The position numbers and the translations under genes were made by a program. A model generated the notes under the pieces. It did not search any database. It saw only the letters and a list, made by a program, of their open reading frames with translations, and had not been told where the DNA came from. This document shows positions 12,991 through 23,346 of a stretch of 64,000 nt of DNA, one piece after another (position 1 is the first letter of the stretch; every line of letters starts with the position of its first letter). The stretch covers positions 192,001 to 256,000 of the forward strand of contig CBDCSU010000006.1 in NCBI GenBank assembly GCA_965221775.1, written 5' to 3'. Source of the DNA: Candidatus Latescibacterota bacterium (GTDB lineage: Bacteria > Latescibacterota > UBA2968 > UBA8231).

Positions 12991-15900
12991 GGCAGGGCCT
13001 CCGGCCCGTCCTCCGGGTGCAGATCCTGGTAGACGCTCTCGTAGTAACGGCGGATCAGCTCGCGGTACTCGGCGGGATAGTCGCCGGCCAGGGCGCGGCG
13101 CATCGCCTCGCGCCAGGCCTCCGGACGCTGGCCGAGATCGACGGGCAGCCACCCCGGGCCGGTGAAGGGACGCTGCTCCCCCTGCTCCGAGCGGCGGCGC
13201 TTCTCGAAGCCGCGGGAGTGGATGGAACGGCTGGCGTCGAGCAGGCGCTGCAGGATCCGCTCCTGCCCCTCGGTGACGCGGGCGTCGGCGCGGGGCCGCT
13301 CCATGCGCGCCAGGACCTCCTTCATCTCCCGCTGGATGGCGCCGATGCGCTCCTGCAGCGAGCGCTGGCCGCGCAGGGACCGCTCCACCTCGGCCAGGGC
13401 CTGCTGGATGCGCCGCTGCTCGGCGGCCAGTCCCGGCATGGCCGGGATCCGGCCCCCGGGCCCGCGCGGGTTCCGGGATCCCTGCTGCATCGCCTGCCGG
13501 GTCGCCTCGTTGAGGGCGGACTGCTGCTCGGAGAGGGCCATCATCTGCTCCATGGCCTCGCCGAAGGAGGAGGGCGTGCGCGCCTGGCTCAGGTTGTCCA
13601 GGCTCTGCCGCAGCTGCTGCGCCGCCTGGTTCAGGTAGCCCATGGCCTCGGTCTGGAGCTGTCCGGCGCGGCCCCTCTCCAGCTGCCCCAGCCGCCCGGC
13701 GGCCTCCTCCATGCGGCGCAGGGCGCCGCCGAGGGTGGCGGCCAGCGAAGGTTCCAGGGCCAGCGTCCTCGAGCCAACGCGGGCGACGTCCTCGGTGACC
13801 AGCTCCGCGCCCTGGGCCAGGGCCTGCTGGCCGGCGGCCAGGGCGGCGGCGGGACGCCCCGGCTGGCGCGAGGTCTCCTGCGCCAGTTCCTCCTGCCGGC
13901 GGGAGAGGTCCACCAGGTCGGCCATGGCCCGGCGCAGGAGGCGGGCCAGCTCCTGCCGCTGGTCGCCGAAGAACTCCTCGCGGAGCCGGCCCATGGACGC
14001 GGACAGCTCCTCCAGGTCCTGCTGCAGGGCGGCGCCCATCCTTCCCGCCCGGGGCCGCTGCCCCGAGGCCAGGAGGCGCTCCATGCGGCGCATGCGCTCC
14101 GACAGGGCCTGGTGCTCCATGCCCTCGGCCTCGGCGCGCAGGGCCTCGGCGGTCGGCGCGCTCAGGTCCTGCAGCTCCTGCCCCAACCGGTCGATCTCCC
14201 GGCGCAGGCGGTCGGTGTCGCCGGCGAGCCTCCCCTCCTGCTCCCCCAGGGCCTCGTCCCCGAGGGCGGCCTCCGCGGAGCTCTGCTCGAGGGCCTCGTT
14301 GATCCTCCCCTGGCGGTCCTCCAGGTCCTCCGCCTGCTCGACGACGGCCAGCAGGCGCTGCTCGGCGTGCACCTGCCGGAGCAGGTCCAGGGTCCGCTCC
14401 AGGCGCTTCTGAAACGCCTCCTGGTCCTCGGCGAACTGCTTCAGGGCCTCGGCGAGCTCTTCGGCGTCGGGCTGCTCGGCCGCCTGCTGCAGGGCCCGCA
14501 GGGCCTCCAGCAGCTCCGGCGAGGCGACGGCGGCCATCAGCTCGCGGATCTCGTCGAGCTTGTCGAGCAGGTCCCGCGAGTCGGCGCCGCCCTGCTCCAG
14601 CTTCTCCAGGGTGCCGGCCATCTGCCGGGCGACCTCCTCCACGGCGCGGGCGCGCTCCTCCTGGGCGGCCAGGGCGCTCTCCAGCTCCTGCTTCTGGTCC
14701 CAGGTGAGCTCCTCGGTGCGCAGCACCTCCCGCCGCAGCCGCTCCACGTACTCCCGGGCCCCCGCCTCCTCGGCGGCGACCTCCTCCAGCGACGCCAGGC
14801 GCTCCTCCTGCTGTCTCGAAGCCTCGTCGAACAACTCCCAGAGGGAGGGGAAGCGCAGCACGTGCTCGGGGCTCACCGCCCGCTTGGGCCCGCCCACGGC
14901 GTCGTTGTCGAAGGCCTCGGCGCGGTAGCGCACCCGGTCCTCCGGCAGCAGCTCCAGCGGCGCCAGGTCCCACGGCTGGGAGAGGACCACCCGGGGGCCG
15001 GCCTCCACGGGCATGGGCCGGCGCCTCTCGGGACCCTGGCCGACGCGGAAGACGAGGTCGACGCGGCTCACCCCGAAGTCGTCGGCGGCCTCGACCCGCA
15101 CCCGCACCTGCTGGCTCTCGGGCAGGTCGGCCTCGGGGCCGGGCTCGGAGATGACGACCTCCGGCGGCTGGTCGCGCAGCACCTGGAGGGCATGGCGGAT
15201 GGGGGTCCGGTTGCCGACCCCCTCGCGGTCGGTGAGGGCCACGAGGTACTCGCGGCGGGCCCCGGCGCTGTCCTCCGGGGCCGGCAGGGTCCAGCTGACG
15301 ACGGCGCCGTCGTCGACCACCCGGGCCGGCAGGCGGAGGGTGTCGTCGATCACCAGGGCCGCGGCGGAGAGGGGCTTGCTGGCGTGGATCGCCCACTCGA
15401 CGGCGGTCCCGGCGAGGGCGCGCACGTCGCCGCCCTGCTCCTCGACCCGCGCCGGGAGCCCGCTGTACTCCGGATAGTCGTAGCGCAGCCGCAAGCGCGT
15501 GACCTCGGGGGGATCGATGACGGTGACGCGGTAGGGGCCGGCCTCGCCGTCGCCGGCGGCGACCTCGAAGTCGAAGGTGGAGCGCACTTCCTCGAAGAGG
15601 TGGCGCAGCGAGTCGGCGCCGCCGGCTTCGAGGATCACCTCCTCCTCGACCCAGTCCCCGTCGCGCACGTCGCGGCGGCGGACCCGCAGCGCCGGCGGCC
15701 GGTCGCCTTCGATGCGGATGGAGAGGGCCACGTCCTCTCCGCGGATCGCCCGCTGGTGGCCGGGCTCGACATGGACCCGGGTCCGCTGCGGGCGCTCGAA
15801 GGCCGTCCCCGGGTGCAGGCAGCGGTGCAGGGCCTCGCCGCCGGCGGTCCCGGAGAGGGCGAGCAGGAGCAGCAGCGGCCCGGCGATGGCCGCGCCCCTC

Positions 15901-16361
15901 AGGGCGGCGCGGCGCAGCCTCGACGCCGGCACCAGCCGCGCTTCTCCGTGGCGGTCGAGGACGGCGGCCGCCTCCGAGGCCGAAGCGGCGAGCAGGTCGG
16001 AGGAGTAGAGCCGCGAGCGCGGGCCGCCGCCCGCCTCCAGGGCCGTCATCAGCCGCTGCGACAGCTCCGGGGCGCGGTCCTCGATGGTCAGGGCCGCGGC
16101 CCTCAGAGGGAAGCCCCGGCGCCACGGCCACAGGATGCGCGCCGCGGCGGCCGCGCCGGCGGCGGCGGTGACCAGGATCAGCCCCCATCTCCAGGGGGAG
16201 GGCAGGTAGAGGAGGGCCTCCAGGCCGACGGCGAGGACGCCGGCGGCGACGGCGGTGGACAGGCCCGCCGCCAGGCCCGCGGCGGCCTCGAGCAGCAGCC
16301 GGCGGCGGCGCAGCCGGCGGAGCCGCTCGAGCAGCAGATCGCGTGCCGGGGCTTCGTTCAC
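12987..16361 (-). CDS. DUF4175-like membrane protein with Ig-like and long coiled-coil regions
   Basis: N-terminal TM helices, YDYPEYSGLP and DQPPEV..AADDFGV motifs, Q/E-rich coiled coil, C-terminal YPAEYRELIRRYY. Confidence 0.8.
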   Translation of the reverse strand: MNEAPARDLLLERLRRLRRRRLLLEAAAGLAAGLSTAVAAGVLAVGLEALLYLPSPWRWGLILVTAAAGAAAAARILWPWRRGFPLRAAALTIEDRAPELSQRLMTALEAGGGPRSRLYSSDLLAASASEAAAVLDRHGEARLVPASRLRRAALRGAAIAGPLLLLLALSGTAGGEALHRCLHPGTAFERPQRTRVHVEPGHQRAIRGEDVALSIRIEGDRPPALRVRRRDVRDGDWVEEEVILEAGGADSLRHLFEEVRSTFDFEVAAGDGEAGPYRVTVIDPPEVTRLRLRYDYPEYSGLPARVEEQGGDVRALAGTAVEWAIHASKPLSAAALVIDDTLRLPARVVDDGAVVSWTLPAPEDSAGARREYLVALTDREGVGNRTPIRHALQVLRDQPPEVVISEPGPEADLPESQQVRVRVEAADDFGVSRVDLVFRVGQGPERRRPMPVEAGPRVVLSQPWDLAPLELLPEDRVRYRAEAFDNDAVGGPKRAVSPEHVLRFPSLWELFDEASRQQEERLASLEEVAAEEAGAREYVERLRREVLRTEELTWDQKQELESALAAQEERARAVEEVARQMAGTLEKLEQGGADSRDLLDKLDEIRELMAAVASPELLEALRALQQAAEQPDAEELAEALKQFAEDQEAFQKRLERTLDLLRQVHAEQRLLAVVEQAEDLEDRQGRINEALEQSSAEAALGDEALGEQEGRLAGDTDRLRREIDRLGQELQDLSAPTAEALRAEAEGMEHQALSERMRRMERLLASGQRPRAGRMGAALQQDLEELSASMGRLREEFFGDQRQELARLLRRAMADLVDLSRRQEELAQETSRQPGRPAAALAAGQQALAQGAELVTEDVARVGSRTLALEPSLAATLGGALRRMEEAAGRLGQLERGRAGQLQTEAMGYLNQAAQQLRQSLDNLSQARTPSSFGEAMEQMMALSEQQSALNEATRQAMQQGSRNPRGPGGRIPAMPGLAAEQRRIQQALAEVERSLRGQRSLQERIGAIQREMKEVLARMERPRADARVTEGQERILQRLLDASRSIHSRGFEKRRRSEQGEQRPFTGPGWLPVDLGQRPEAWREAMRRALAGDYPAEYRELIRRYYESVYQDLHPEDGPEALP

Positions 16362-16367
16362 GATGGG

Positions 16368-17054
16368 CTAGCGGGTGAGGGCGTAGAGGACGATGTTGGC
16401 TCCCATGCGCAAAGCCTGCTGCCTCACTTCCTCCGGGTCGCCGTGGACGTGGGCGTCTTCCCAGCCGTCGCCGAGGTCGGACTCGTAGGTGTAGAGGACC
16501 AGGAGGCGCTCCCCGCCGAAGAGGCCCAGGGCCTGGGGCCGCCGGCCGTCGTGCTCGTGGACCTTCGGCAGGCCGCCGGGCAGCTCGAAGTGACAGCGGA
16601 ACAGGTCGTGGCCGGCGGGCAGCTCGAGGAACTCCCTCGTGGGGAAGACCTTGCGCATCTCCCGGCGGAAGGACTCGTCCATGCCGTAGTTGTCGTCGGC
16701 GTGCAGGAAGCCGCCCGCCTCGAGGTAACGCCGCAGGCGGGCCGCTTCGTCGGCCGTCCAGGAGACGTTGCCGTGCCCCGTCATGTAGAGGTAGGGATGG
16801 GCGAAGAGCTCGCGGTCGAGGAGGCGCACGCGCGCCTCGGAGGAGGCCGTGGCCAGCCTCGTGTGGCGCGAGAGGAAGGCCAGCAGGTTGGGCAGGGACG
16901 ACGGGTCGCTGTACCAGTCGCCGCCGCCGTCGTACTGGAGCCGGGCGATGGTGAACAGGTCGGTCGGCCCGGCATGGCCCGGGGCCGCCGGAGTCAGGAC
17001 CGCCGCCGCCAGGATCGCCACCCGCAGGGCGGCGGACGCCCGGCCCGCGGTCAA
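16368..17054 (-). CDS. DUF4159 domain protein
   Basis: IARLQYDGGGDWYSDP, PYLYMTGHG, GGFLHADDNYG, PKVHEHDG, DLGDGWED; TTG start overlapping the upstream stop. Confidence 0.88.
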   Translation of the reverse strand: MTAGRASAALRVAILAAAVLTPAAPGHAGPTDLFTIARLQYDGGGDWYSDPSSLPNLLAFLSRHTRLATASSEARVRLLDRELFAHPYLYMTGHGNVSWTADEAARLRRYLEAGGFLHADDNYGMDESFRREMRKVFPTREFLELPAGHDLFRCHFELPGGLPKVHEHDGRRPQALGLFGGERLLVLYTYESDLGDGWEDAHVHGDPEEVRQQALRMGANIVLYALTR

Positions 17055-19249
17055 GGGCGGGCCCCCTTCACCAGGGCGAAGCGGCCCGAGACCGGCTCGC
17101 CCGACTCGCTCTCGGCGACGTAGTAGTAGACGCCCGCCGCCACGAGGTACCCGGCCTCGTTCAGACCGTCCCAGGTGATGGTGCCGCGCCCGGCCTCCCC
17201 CCGCCGGGTGGCCACGAGATCGCCGGAGGCCGAGTAGATGCGCAGGGTGGCCCCGAGGGGCAGCCCCGTGATCGACACCTCCTCTCGCCCGGCCGTCACG
17301 TAGGGGTTGGGATAGACGCTCGCCACCTCCGGCCGGCCGTCGTCCACCGCTCTCAGGCGCAGGCGGCTGAGACCGTCGAGGGTGCCGATCCAGAGATCTC
17401 CGCCATCGGCGTCGTAGCGCAGCCCCTTCACCTGGTTGCCGATGAGGCAGCTGTTTCCCGAGGTGAAGTTGAGGTCGACCTGGCCGTCGGCGCGGATGCG
17501 CGACAGACCGGCCGACGTGCCGACCCATACATTCCCGTCCTCGTCCTCCTCGAGGGAGCTGATGTCGGCCGAGGGGAGGCCGTCCGAGGTGTCGTAGACC
17601 TGCCAGGCGGCCACATCCAGGGTTCCGGAGGCCCGGTCGTAGTCCGGCGTCAGGACGTTCACCCCGTTCTCGGCTGCCATCCAGACGCGGCCGTCCCGGC
17701 TGGCGAGAACGGCGAAGAGGCGATCGCTCGTGAGCCGGCTCTCCCCGGCCTGGGAGAGGTTGACCATGCGATCGTCGCCGCCCTCGAAGGGGGTGCCGCC
17801 ATCGTCGAGCAGAACGAGGCCGGAGCGGCGGCTGACGATCCACTTGAGGCCGTCCGGGCCGATGTCCATGCGGTAGAGATCGAAGGTCGGGAGCAGCCCC
17901 AGCTCCTTCTGGTCGAAGAGGTACTCCCGCTGCGGAGGATAGCCGTCGAGGACGGCGACCCCCACCAAGGTGTTGAGCAGCCACATGTGCCCCGCGGGGT
18001 CGCGGTGGATGTCGCTGACGACGATGAAGTTCGGGTTGTTCGTGGCGCTCGGTCTCAGGACGGTGCCTTCGGTGGGGACCCTCGTCCAGCCCGTCCCCTC
18101 GCGGATGAAGGCGCCAGCCCCCCAGCTGCCGGTCCAGAGGCGCCCCTCCGCGTCGGTCTCGAGGGCGACGACGGTGCGGCGCTCGTGGACCGACCAGCCT
18201 CCCTCCGACAGGTGGTAGATGCCGGCGTCGTCCTCCGTACGCAGGTCGTCGGGCACGCTGGCCGCCCACACCTCTTCCTCCCCCGTGACGGCGATCTCGT
18301 AGAACCGGCTCGACCCCGGCTCGCTCGACGGCAGGACGGACTCGTCCCCGATGGCGTGGAGACCGGTGCCGGTGCCCAGCCACAGCACGTCCTCATCCGT
18401 CCTGCTGATGGCCCTGATCTCCGCGATCTCCGGTGCCGAGACCCTCGCCCATCCACCGTTCCCGGTGCGCGCCAGCAGTCGACCCTCGGCGGTGGCGGCC
18501 ACGACCTGCCCGCCGCGGGCCCCGAGGCTCACGATGGTCTCCTCGTGGTCCCGCCGGAAGCCGTCCTCCTGCGGATCGTAGATCAGGACACCTCGCAGCG
18601 TGCCCGCGTAGAGGACCCCGTCGACGGCGATGACGGTACCCACCGCTCCGATGTTGTCGAGGGTACGCCAGCTCTCGGGATCCTGCAGGTTCGGGTGGTC
18701 GATCCGGGCCCAGGCGATCCCCACCGTGGTACCCACGAAGAGGGTGCCGTCGAGAATGGCCATGCTGCGGACGGCCGTGTCCTTCGGGAGGTTGCCGAGG
18801 AGTCGATACGTCTCCTTGACTTCCTCGCGGTCGGTCAGAAAGAGGCTGACGCCCGTGCTCGTGCCGACGAAGAGCCTCCGGCCCAGGCTCAGAAGCGAGG
18901 TGATGGCGAGACCGCGGAATTCCCGATAGGTCCGGTCGAAGGTCGAGGTGGCCGGACGGTAGCGGCTGAGGCCCTGGCCGTCGCTGCCGAACCAGAGGTG
19001 GCCGTCGCCGTCGGCGGCCAGGGACAGGATGCGGTTGCCCGCGAGTCCGTCGATCCGGGACAGACGGTCGTAGCGGCCCTGGATGCGGTCGTAGCGCAGG
19101 ACCCCGCCCGTCGTGGCGGCCCACACCTCGTCACCGTCGATGAGCACGCCTTCGACCTGCTTCATGCTGGTGTAGGCAGCCCACTCGCGGTCACAGCGGG
19201 CGCCGGCGGAGGAACTCAGCAGGAGTCCAAGGCAGACCAGGAGGATCAC
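17051..19249 (-). CDS. PorZ-like beta-propeller protein with C-terminal T9SS-CTD/FlgD-like Ig domain
   Basis: Signal peptide, Reg_prop repeats (DGLAGNRILSLAADGDGHLWFGS, DGLPSADISSLEEDEDGNVWVGT), C-terminal VYPNPY..LRIYSASGDLV..WDGLNEAG..AGVYYY. Confidence 0.75.
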   Translation of the reverse strand: MILLVCLGLLLSSSAGARCDREWAAYTSMKQVEGVLIDGDEVWAATTGGVLRYDRIQGRYDRLSRIDGLAGNRILSLAADGDGHLWFGSDGQGLSRYRPATSTFDRTYREFRGLAITSLLSLGRRLFVGTSTGVSLFLTDREEVKETYRLLGNLPKDTAVRSMAILDGTLFVGTTVGIAWARIDHPNLQDPESWRTLDNIGAVGTVIAVDGVLYAGTLRGVLIYDPQEDGFRRDHEETIVSLGARGGQVVAATAEGRLLARTGNGGWARVSAPEIAEIRAISRTDEDVLWLGTGTGLHAIGDESVLPSSEPGSSRFYEIAVTGEEEVWAASVPDDLRTEDDAGIYHLSEGGWSVHERRTVVALETDAEGRLWTGSWGAGAFIREGTGWTRVPTEGTVLRPSATNNPNFIVVSDIHRDPAGHMWLLNTLVGVAVLDGYPPQREYLFDQKELGLLPTFDLYRMDIGPDGLKWIVSRRSGLVLLDDGGTPFEGGDDRMVNLSQAGESRLTSDRLFAVLASRDGRVWMAAENGVNVLTPDYDRASGTLDVAAWQVYDTSDGLPSADISSLEEDEDGNVWVGTSAGLSRIRADGQVDLNFTSGNSCLIGNQVKGLRYDADGGDLWIGTLDGLSRLRLRAVDDGRPEVASVYPNPYVTAGREEVSITGLPLGATLRIYSASGDLVATRRGEAGRGTITWDGLNEAGYLVAAGVYYYVAESESGEPVSGRFALVKGARP

Positions 19250-19258
19250 CGGACGGTC

Positions 19259-21721
19259 TCACATGGTGGACTGGGGGTCGACGACGACGCCCAGATCGAC
19301 ATCGCGGCGGCTGGCCTCACGGCGCATGGGGCCCAGGGCCGACGCCGCCGTGAGACGCAGTTGACGCCCGCCGGCGCCGGCGAGCAGGACCTGCCAGCGG
19401 TAGCGCCCCCGCAGGCGCGCCAGCGGCGCCGGCGCCGGTCCGAGGACGGCAACCCCCGCCGGACCGGCGCGCTGCAGCAATTGCGTCCCCCGCTCCGCCG
19501 CCCGGCTCACCGCCTCCTCCGATTCGCCGCGCCAGCGGAAGACGATGAGGCGCCCGAAGGGCGGGAACCCCGCCGCCTGCCGCTCGACGAGCTCGCCCTC
19601 GGCGAAGGCGTCGTAGTCCTGGCGCGCCGCGGCGAGCAGCACGGGGTCCTCGGGAAGACGGGTCTGGATGACCACCTCGCCTCGGTTCGAGCCTCGCCCG
19701 GAGCGTCCCGCCACCTGCGTGAGCAGCTGGAAGCTGCGCTCGGCGGCGCGGAAGTCCGGGAGGTGAAAGCCGGTGTCGGCGGAGATCACGCCGACGAGAG
19801 TCACCTCCGGGAAGTCGAGGCCCTTGGCCACCATCTGCGTACCGAGCAGCACGTCGGCCTCCCGCCGGCGGAATCTCTCGACCAGGCGGTCGTGGGCGCC
19901 TTTCCATCCCGTGGTGTCCACATCCATACGAATGACGCGGATCCCCGGGAACTGTTCCTCGAGGGCGGTCTCCACCTTCTGGGTCCCCGCGCCGGTCAGC
20001 CTGACCTCGGCACTGCCGCAGGACGGGCACTGGCCGGGTACGGGCGTGCGGTAGTCGCAGTAGTGGCAGCGCAGGCCCTCCCCCTGACGGCGGTGGTAGG
20101 TGAGGGAGACCTGGCACCGGCCGCAGGCGATCGCCTCGCCGCAGCTGGCGCACTGCACGACGGGTGAGAACCCGCGCCGGTTCTGGAGGAGCACGATCTG
20201 CTCGCCGCGCTCGAGGCGATCGCGGATCTTGAGGCGCAGGGTCTTGGAGAACAGGGTGCGCTGCCGTCCCTGGAAGGGCTCCCGCCTCATGTCGACCACC
20301 TCGACCCGCGCCAGGGGCCGGTCGTCGATCCGCCGCGGCAGGCTCAGGCAGGTGTACTTGCCGCTGCGCGCGTTGCACCACGACTCGAGGCTCGGCGTCG
20401 CCGACCCGAGGATGACGGGAACGCCGGCCAGGCGCGCCCTCACCACCGCCAGGTCGCGGCCATTGTAGACCAGCGGCTGGTGACTCTCCAGGTCGTCCTG
20501 GAAGTAGGAGCCGTCGTGCTCCTCGTCGACGACGATCAGCCCCAGCTTGTTCACCGGGGCCAGCACGGCGGAGCGGGCGCCGATGACGAGTCTCTGCTCG
20601 CCGCGCCGGAGCCGGCGCCAGGTGTCGTAGCGCTCCCCCGCCGACAACTGGCTGTGCAGGACCGCCACGGTCGCTCCGAAGCGGGCCCGGAAGCGGCGCA
20701 CCATCTGCCAGGCCAGGGCGATCTCGGGGGTGAGGACGATGGCGCTGCCGCCCGACCGCAGGACCCGCTCCACCGCCAGCTGGTAGACCAGGGTCTTGCC
20801 GCTGCCGGTGACCCCGCGCAGGAGAAGCGGCTCGAAGCGGCCCGCATCCAGGGCGGAGTGGATGCGCCGCAGGACCTCCTGCTGGTCGGCGGTGGGTTCC
20901 GGCGCCGGCGAATCCGCCGCCTCGAGAGCGGCGAGGGGGTCGCGCAGGACCTCCTGCTCCACGGTCTCGGTCAGCCCCCTCCCCTGCAGCCCCTTCAGGA
21001 CGGCGTAGCCGAATCCCTCCTCCAGGAGGCGGCGCTTGGGCATGGGGCCGGCCTGCAGCAGGTGGCGGAGGCAGCGCCCCTGGGCCGGGGCGCGCCGGGT
21101 CACCGCCGGCAGGTCGTCCCGGGCCCGGTCCGGGTCGGCCACGCGCACGAGCTGGCGCCGGCGGGCTCGAGCCGCTCCGCCCGCCAGGTCCGGCCGCATC
21201 TCGATCCGTCCGTGCTGAAGCAGCCGCCGGAGGGCGCCCTCCAGCCCGCGCTTGCCCAGACGGCTGCGCAGGGTGGTCACCTTCAGCGGACCACGGGCGC
21301 GCCTGAGCTCGGAGAGGACCCGGTCCTGCGCCGGGTCCGGGGCCGCCGGGCCGCCCTCCGCCTCCGTCAGCCGCACGGTGCGGCTGGAGGTGAGGCGCAC
21401 CCCGGGGGGCAGGGCCGCCGCCAGGGCGGCGCCCACCGGCGCCATGTAGTAGTCCGCGAGCCAGGCGCACAGCCGCACCACCTCGGCGCTGATGGGAGCC
21501 TCCGTATCGACCACCTGGGTGATGTCGCGGATGCGGCCGGGCGCAACCCCCGGTTCGGCGGGACCGTCGGTGACGACGAAGCCGGTGACCAGGCGCTGCT
21601 GGACGGGTACGAGCACCACCGCCCCCGGCCCGACAAGGGCGCCGAGCTCCGGGGGAACGCTGTAGGTGAGTTGCCGGGACAGGGGAGGCGGCAGGGCGAC
21701 CTCCACGAGGCGCCTGCCCAT
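19259..21721 (-). CDS. priA: Primosomal protein N'
   Basis: GVTGSGKT, DEEHD, LGSATPSLES, paired CxxC zinc motifs, GTQMVAKGLDFP, QVAGRSGR. Confidence 0.97.
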   Translation of the reverse strand: MGRRLVEVALPPPLSRQLTYSVPPELGALVGPGAVVLVPVQQRLVTGFVVTDGPAEPGVAPGRIRDITQVVDTEAPISAEVVRLCAWLADYYMAPVGAALAAALPPGVRLTSSRTVRLTEAEGGPAAPDPAQDRVLSELRRARGPLKVTTLRSRLGKRGLEGALRRLLQHGRIEMRPDLAGGAARARRRQLVRVADPDRARDDLPAVTRRAPAQGRCLRHLLQAGPMPKRRLLEEGFGYAVLKGLQGRGLTETVEQEVLRDPLAALEAADSPAPEPTADQQEVLRRIHSALDAGRFEPLLLRGVTGSGKTLVYQLAVERVLRSGGSAIVLTPEIALAWQMVRRFRARFGATVAVLHSQLSAGERYDTWRRLRRGEQRLVIGARSAVLAPVNKLGLIVVDEEHDGSYFQDDLESHQPLVYNGRDLAVVRARLAGVPVILGSATPSLESWCNARSGKYTCLSLPRRIDDRPLARVEVVDMRREPFQGRQRTLFSKTLRLKIRDRLERGEQIVLLQNRRGFSPVVQCASCGEAIACGRCQVSLTYHRRQGEGLRCHYCDYRTPVPGQCPSCGSAEVRLTGAGTQKVETALEEQFPGIRVIRMDVDTTGWKGAHDRLVERFRRREADVLLGTQMVAKGLDFPEVTLVGVISADTGFHLPDFRAAERSFQLLTQVAGRSGRGSNRGEVVIQTRLPEDPVLLAAARQDYDAFAEGELVERQAAGFPPFGRLIVFRWRGESEEAVSRAAERGTQLLQRAGPAGVAVLGPAPAPLARLRGRYRWQVLLAGAGGRQLRLTAASALGPMRREASRRDVDLGVVVDPQSTM

Positions 21722-22713
21722 CAGCGGGCCTCCGACTGGCTCGACTCCGTCCTCTCTGGCGGGAACCCGGTGAGCGGGCCGATGGGCTGGAAATCGGGGC
21801 CGAGGAGCTGGTACCCGTCGTCGGAGACGCGGAAACGCAGCGTCCGGTCGGGGTCGCCGAGGCGTCCCTCGCCCAGCAGCTGGCCCTGAAAGCGGAAGCG
21901 GATGTTACCGGAGCGGCCGGCGTGAACCCGGAAGTAGCGCTCCGCCGTCCAGGTTCGCCGCTCGCCGGCGGAGATGGTCTCCATGGCGCTGTCCACGTCG
22001 TCCCATGAGACCTGTACCCAGACGGTGTCGAAGGCCTCCGCCTCCAGCTCGATCCGGGCGGGGCTGGCCGCCTCGGCGATGGCGGCCTCGGTGCCGGGGC
22101 CCGCGGAGGTCCCCTCGGGCGGGCTCGCCCGGGCCAGCTCGGATCCGTCGCCGGACCCCTCGGGGCCGCTTTCGGGAGCTTCACCCGCCACCGGCTCGGA
22201 CAGGTCCCCGGGCTCGGCTTGCGCCGCAGCGCCGGACTCTACGGGTTCCGGGGACTCCGCGGCGGCGGGCTCTTCCCAAGGGGAGGAATCGCCCGAAGGG
22301 GGAAGCTCGTCGACCACCGGCACCGCCGGGGGCGCGGGGTCGGCCTCGCCGCCGGTCATCAGGTAGAGGAGGGCCGCAATGGCGACGACGGCGAGACCCG
22401 CCGCCCACTTGAACAGGCCGTCGCCGAGAACCGGTCCCCCCCAGGGAGGCGGCATACGCGCCCGCACCCTCTCCTTCGACCGCGGTCCCCCGAGGCCCTG
22501 CGCCAGGGCCTGGCCATCGAGCCCCAGGTAGGTGGCGTAATGGATGGCGCCCATGCGCATGTACACCGCCTCGACGGCCTCCAGGTCCCCGTCCTCGAGG
22601 GCCTGCAGGATCTTCACGCTGATGCCCGTACGCTGGTGAACCTGATCGAGGGACTCGCCGCGGCCTTCGCGGGCGCGGCGCAATTCCTCGGACAGGCTGA
22701 GTTCCTCGCTCAT
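21721..22713 (-). CDS. rodZ: RodZ-like HTH / TM / DUF4115 protein
   Basis: N-terminal HTH (LRRAREGRGESLDQVHQRTGISVKILQALEDG), one TM helix, low-complexity linker, C-terminal beta domain (VWVQV). Confidence 0.7.
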   Translation of the reverse strand: MSEELSLSEELRRAREGRGESLDQVHQRTGISVKILQALEDGDLEAVEAVYMRMGAIHYATYLGLDGQALAQGLGGPRSKERVRARMPPPWGGPVLGDGLFKWAAGLAVVAIAALLYLMTGGEADPAPPAVPVVDELPPSGDSSPWEEPAAAESPEPVESGAAAQAEPGDLSEPVAGEAPESGPEGSGDGSELARASPPEGTSAGPGTEAAIAEAASPARIELEAEAFDTVWVQVSWDDVDSAMETISAGERRTWTAERYFRVHAGRSGNIRFRFQGQLLGEGRLGDPDRTLRFRVSDDGYQLLGPDFQPIGPLTGFPPERTESSQSEAR

Positions 22714-23324
22714 CCTGAATCCTGGATCGAATCGATGTCGTACCCCGCCGACCGGAGGAGAGAGCAGAGCCGGGCCAAGGGCAGACCTACGACATTATAG
22801 TAACACCCCTCCACACGTTCAACGAAGCGGGCGCCCAGACCCTGAATGGCATAGCTGCCGGCCTTGTCGAGGGGTTCTCCCGTCGCCACGTACGAGGTGA
22901 CGGCGGCTTCCGACATGGCGCACAGGGTCACCCGGGAGGTCTCGCAGGCGGTGGCGACCCGGTCGGGCGCAGGACCGAGCACGGCCACTCCGGTGCACAC
23001 GGCGTGCTGGCGTCCGGCGAGCCAGCGCAAGGTGCGCGCCGCCTCCTCCGGGCCTACGGGCTTGCCCAGGATCCTGTCCTGGCAGCAGACCACGGTGTCC
23101 GCCCCGATGACCAGGGTCGAGCCCCCGGGGTCACCGAACGTCCCCTCGGTCCGGGCGAGGAGAGCGGCCACCGCCCGCGCCTTGGCGGTGGCCGACCGGA
23201 TCACGAAGGCCTCCCGGTCGCCGCCGTCGGGCTCGGGCTCCTCGACGGGGCTCACCACCTGCCGGAAGGGGATGCGCAGCTGCCGGAGCAGGCCGGCGCG
23301 CCTCGGCGAGGCCGAAGCCAGCAC
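22710..23324 (-). CDS. maf: Maf-family nucleoside triphosphate pyrophosphatase
   Basis: LASASPRR, IGADTVV, ILGKP, EPLDKAGSYAIQG, NVVGLP; the true start may be a few codons upstream. Confidence 0.93.
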   Translation of the reverse strand: MLASASPRRAGLLRQLRIPFRQVVSPVEEPEPDGGDREAFVIRSATAKARAVAALLARTEGTFGDPGGSTLVIGADTVVCCQDRILGKPVGPEEAARTLRWLAGRQHAVCTGVAVLGPAPDRVATACETSRVTLCAMSEAAVTSYVATGEPLDKAGSYAIQGLGARFVERVEGCYYNVVGLPLARLCSLLRSAGYDIDSIQDSG

Positions 23325-23346
23325 GATGGCAGGATTGGCCAGGGGC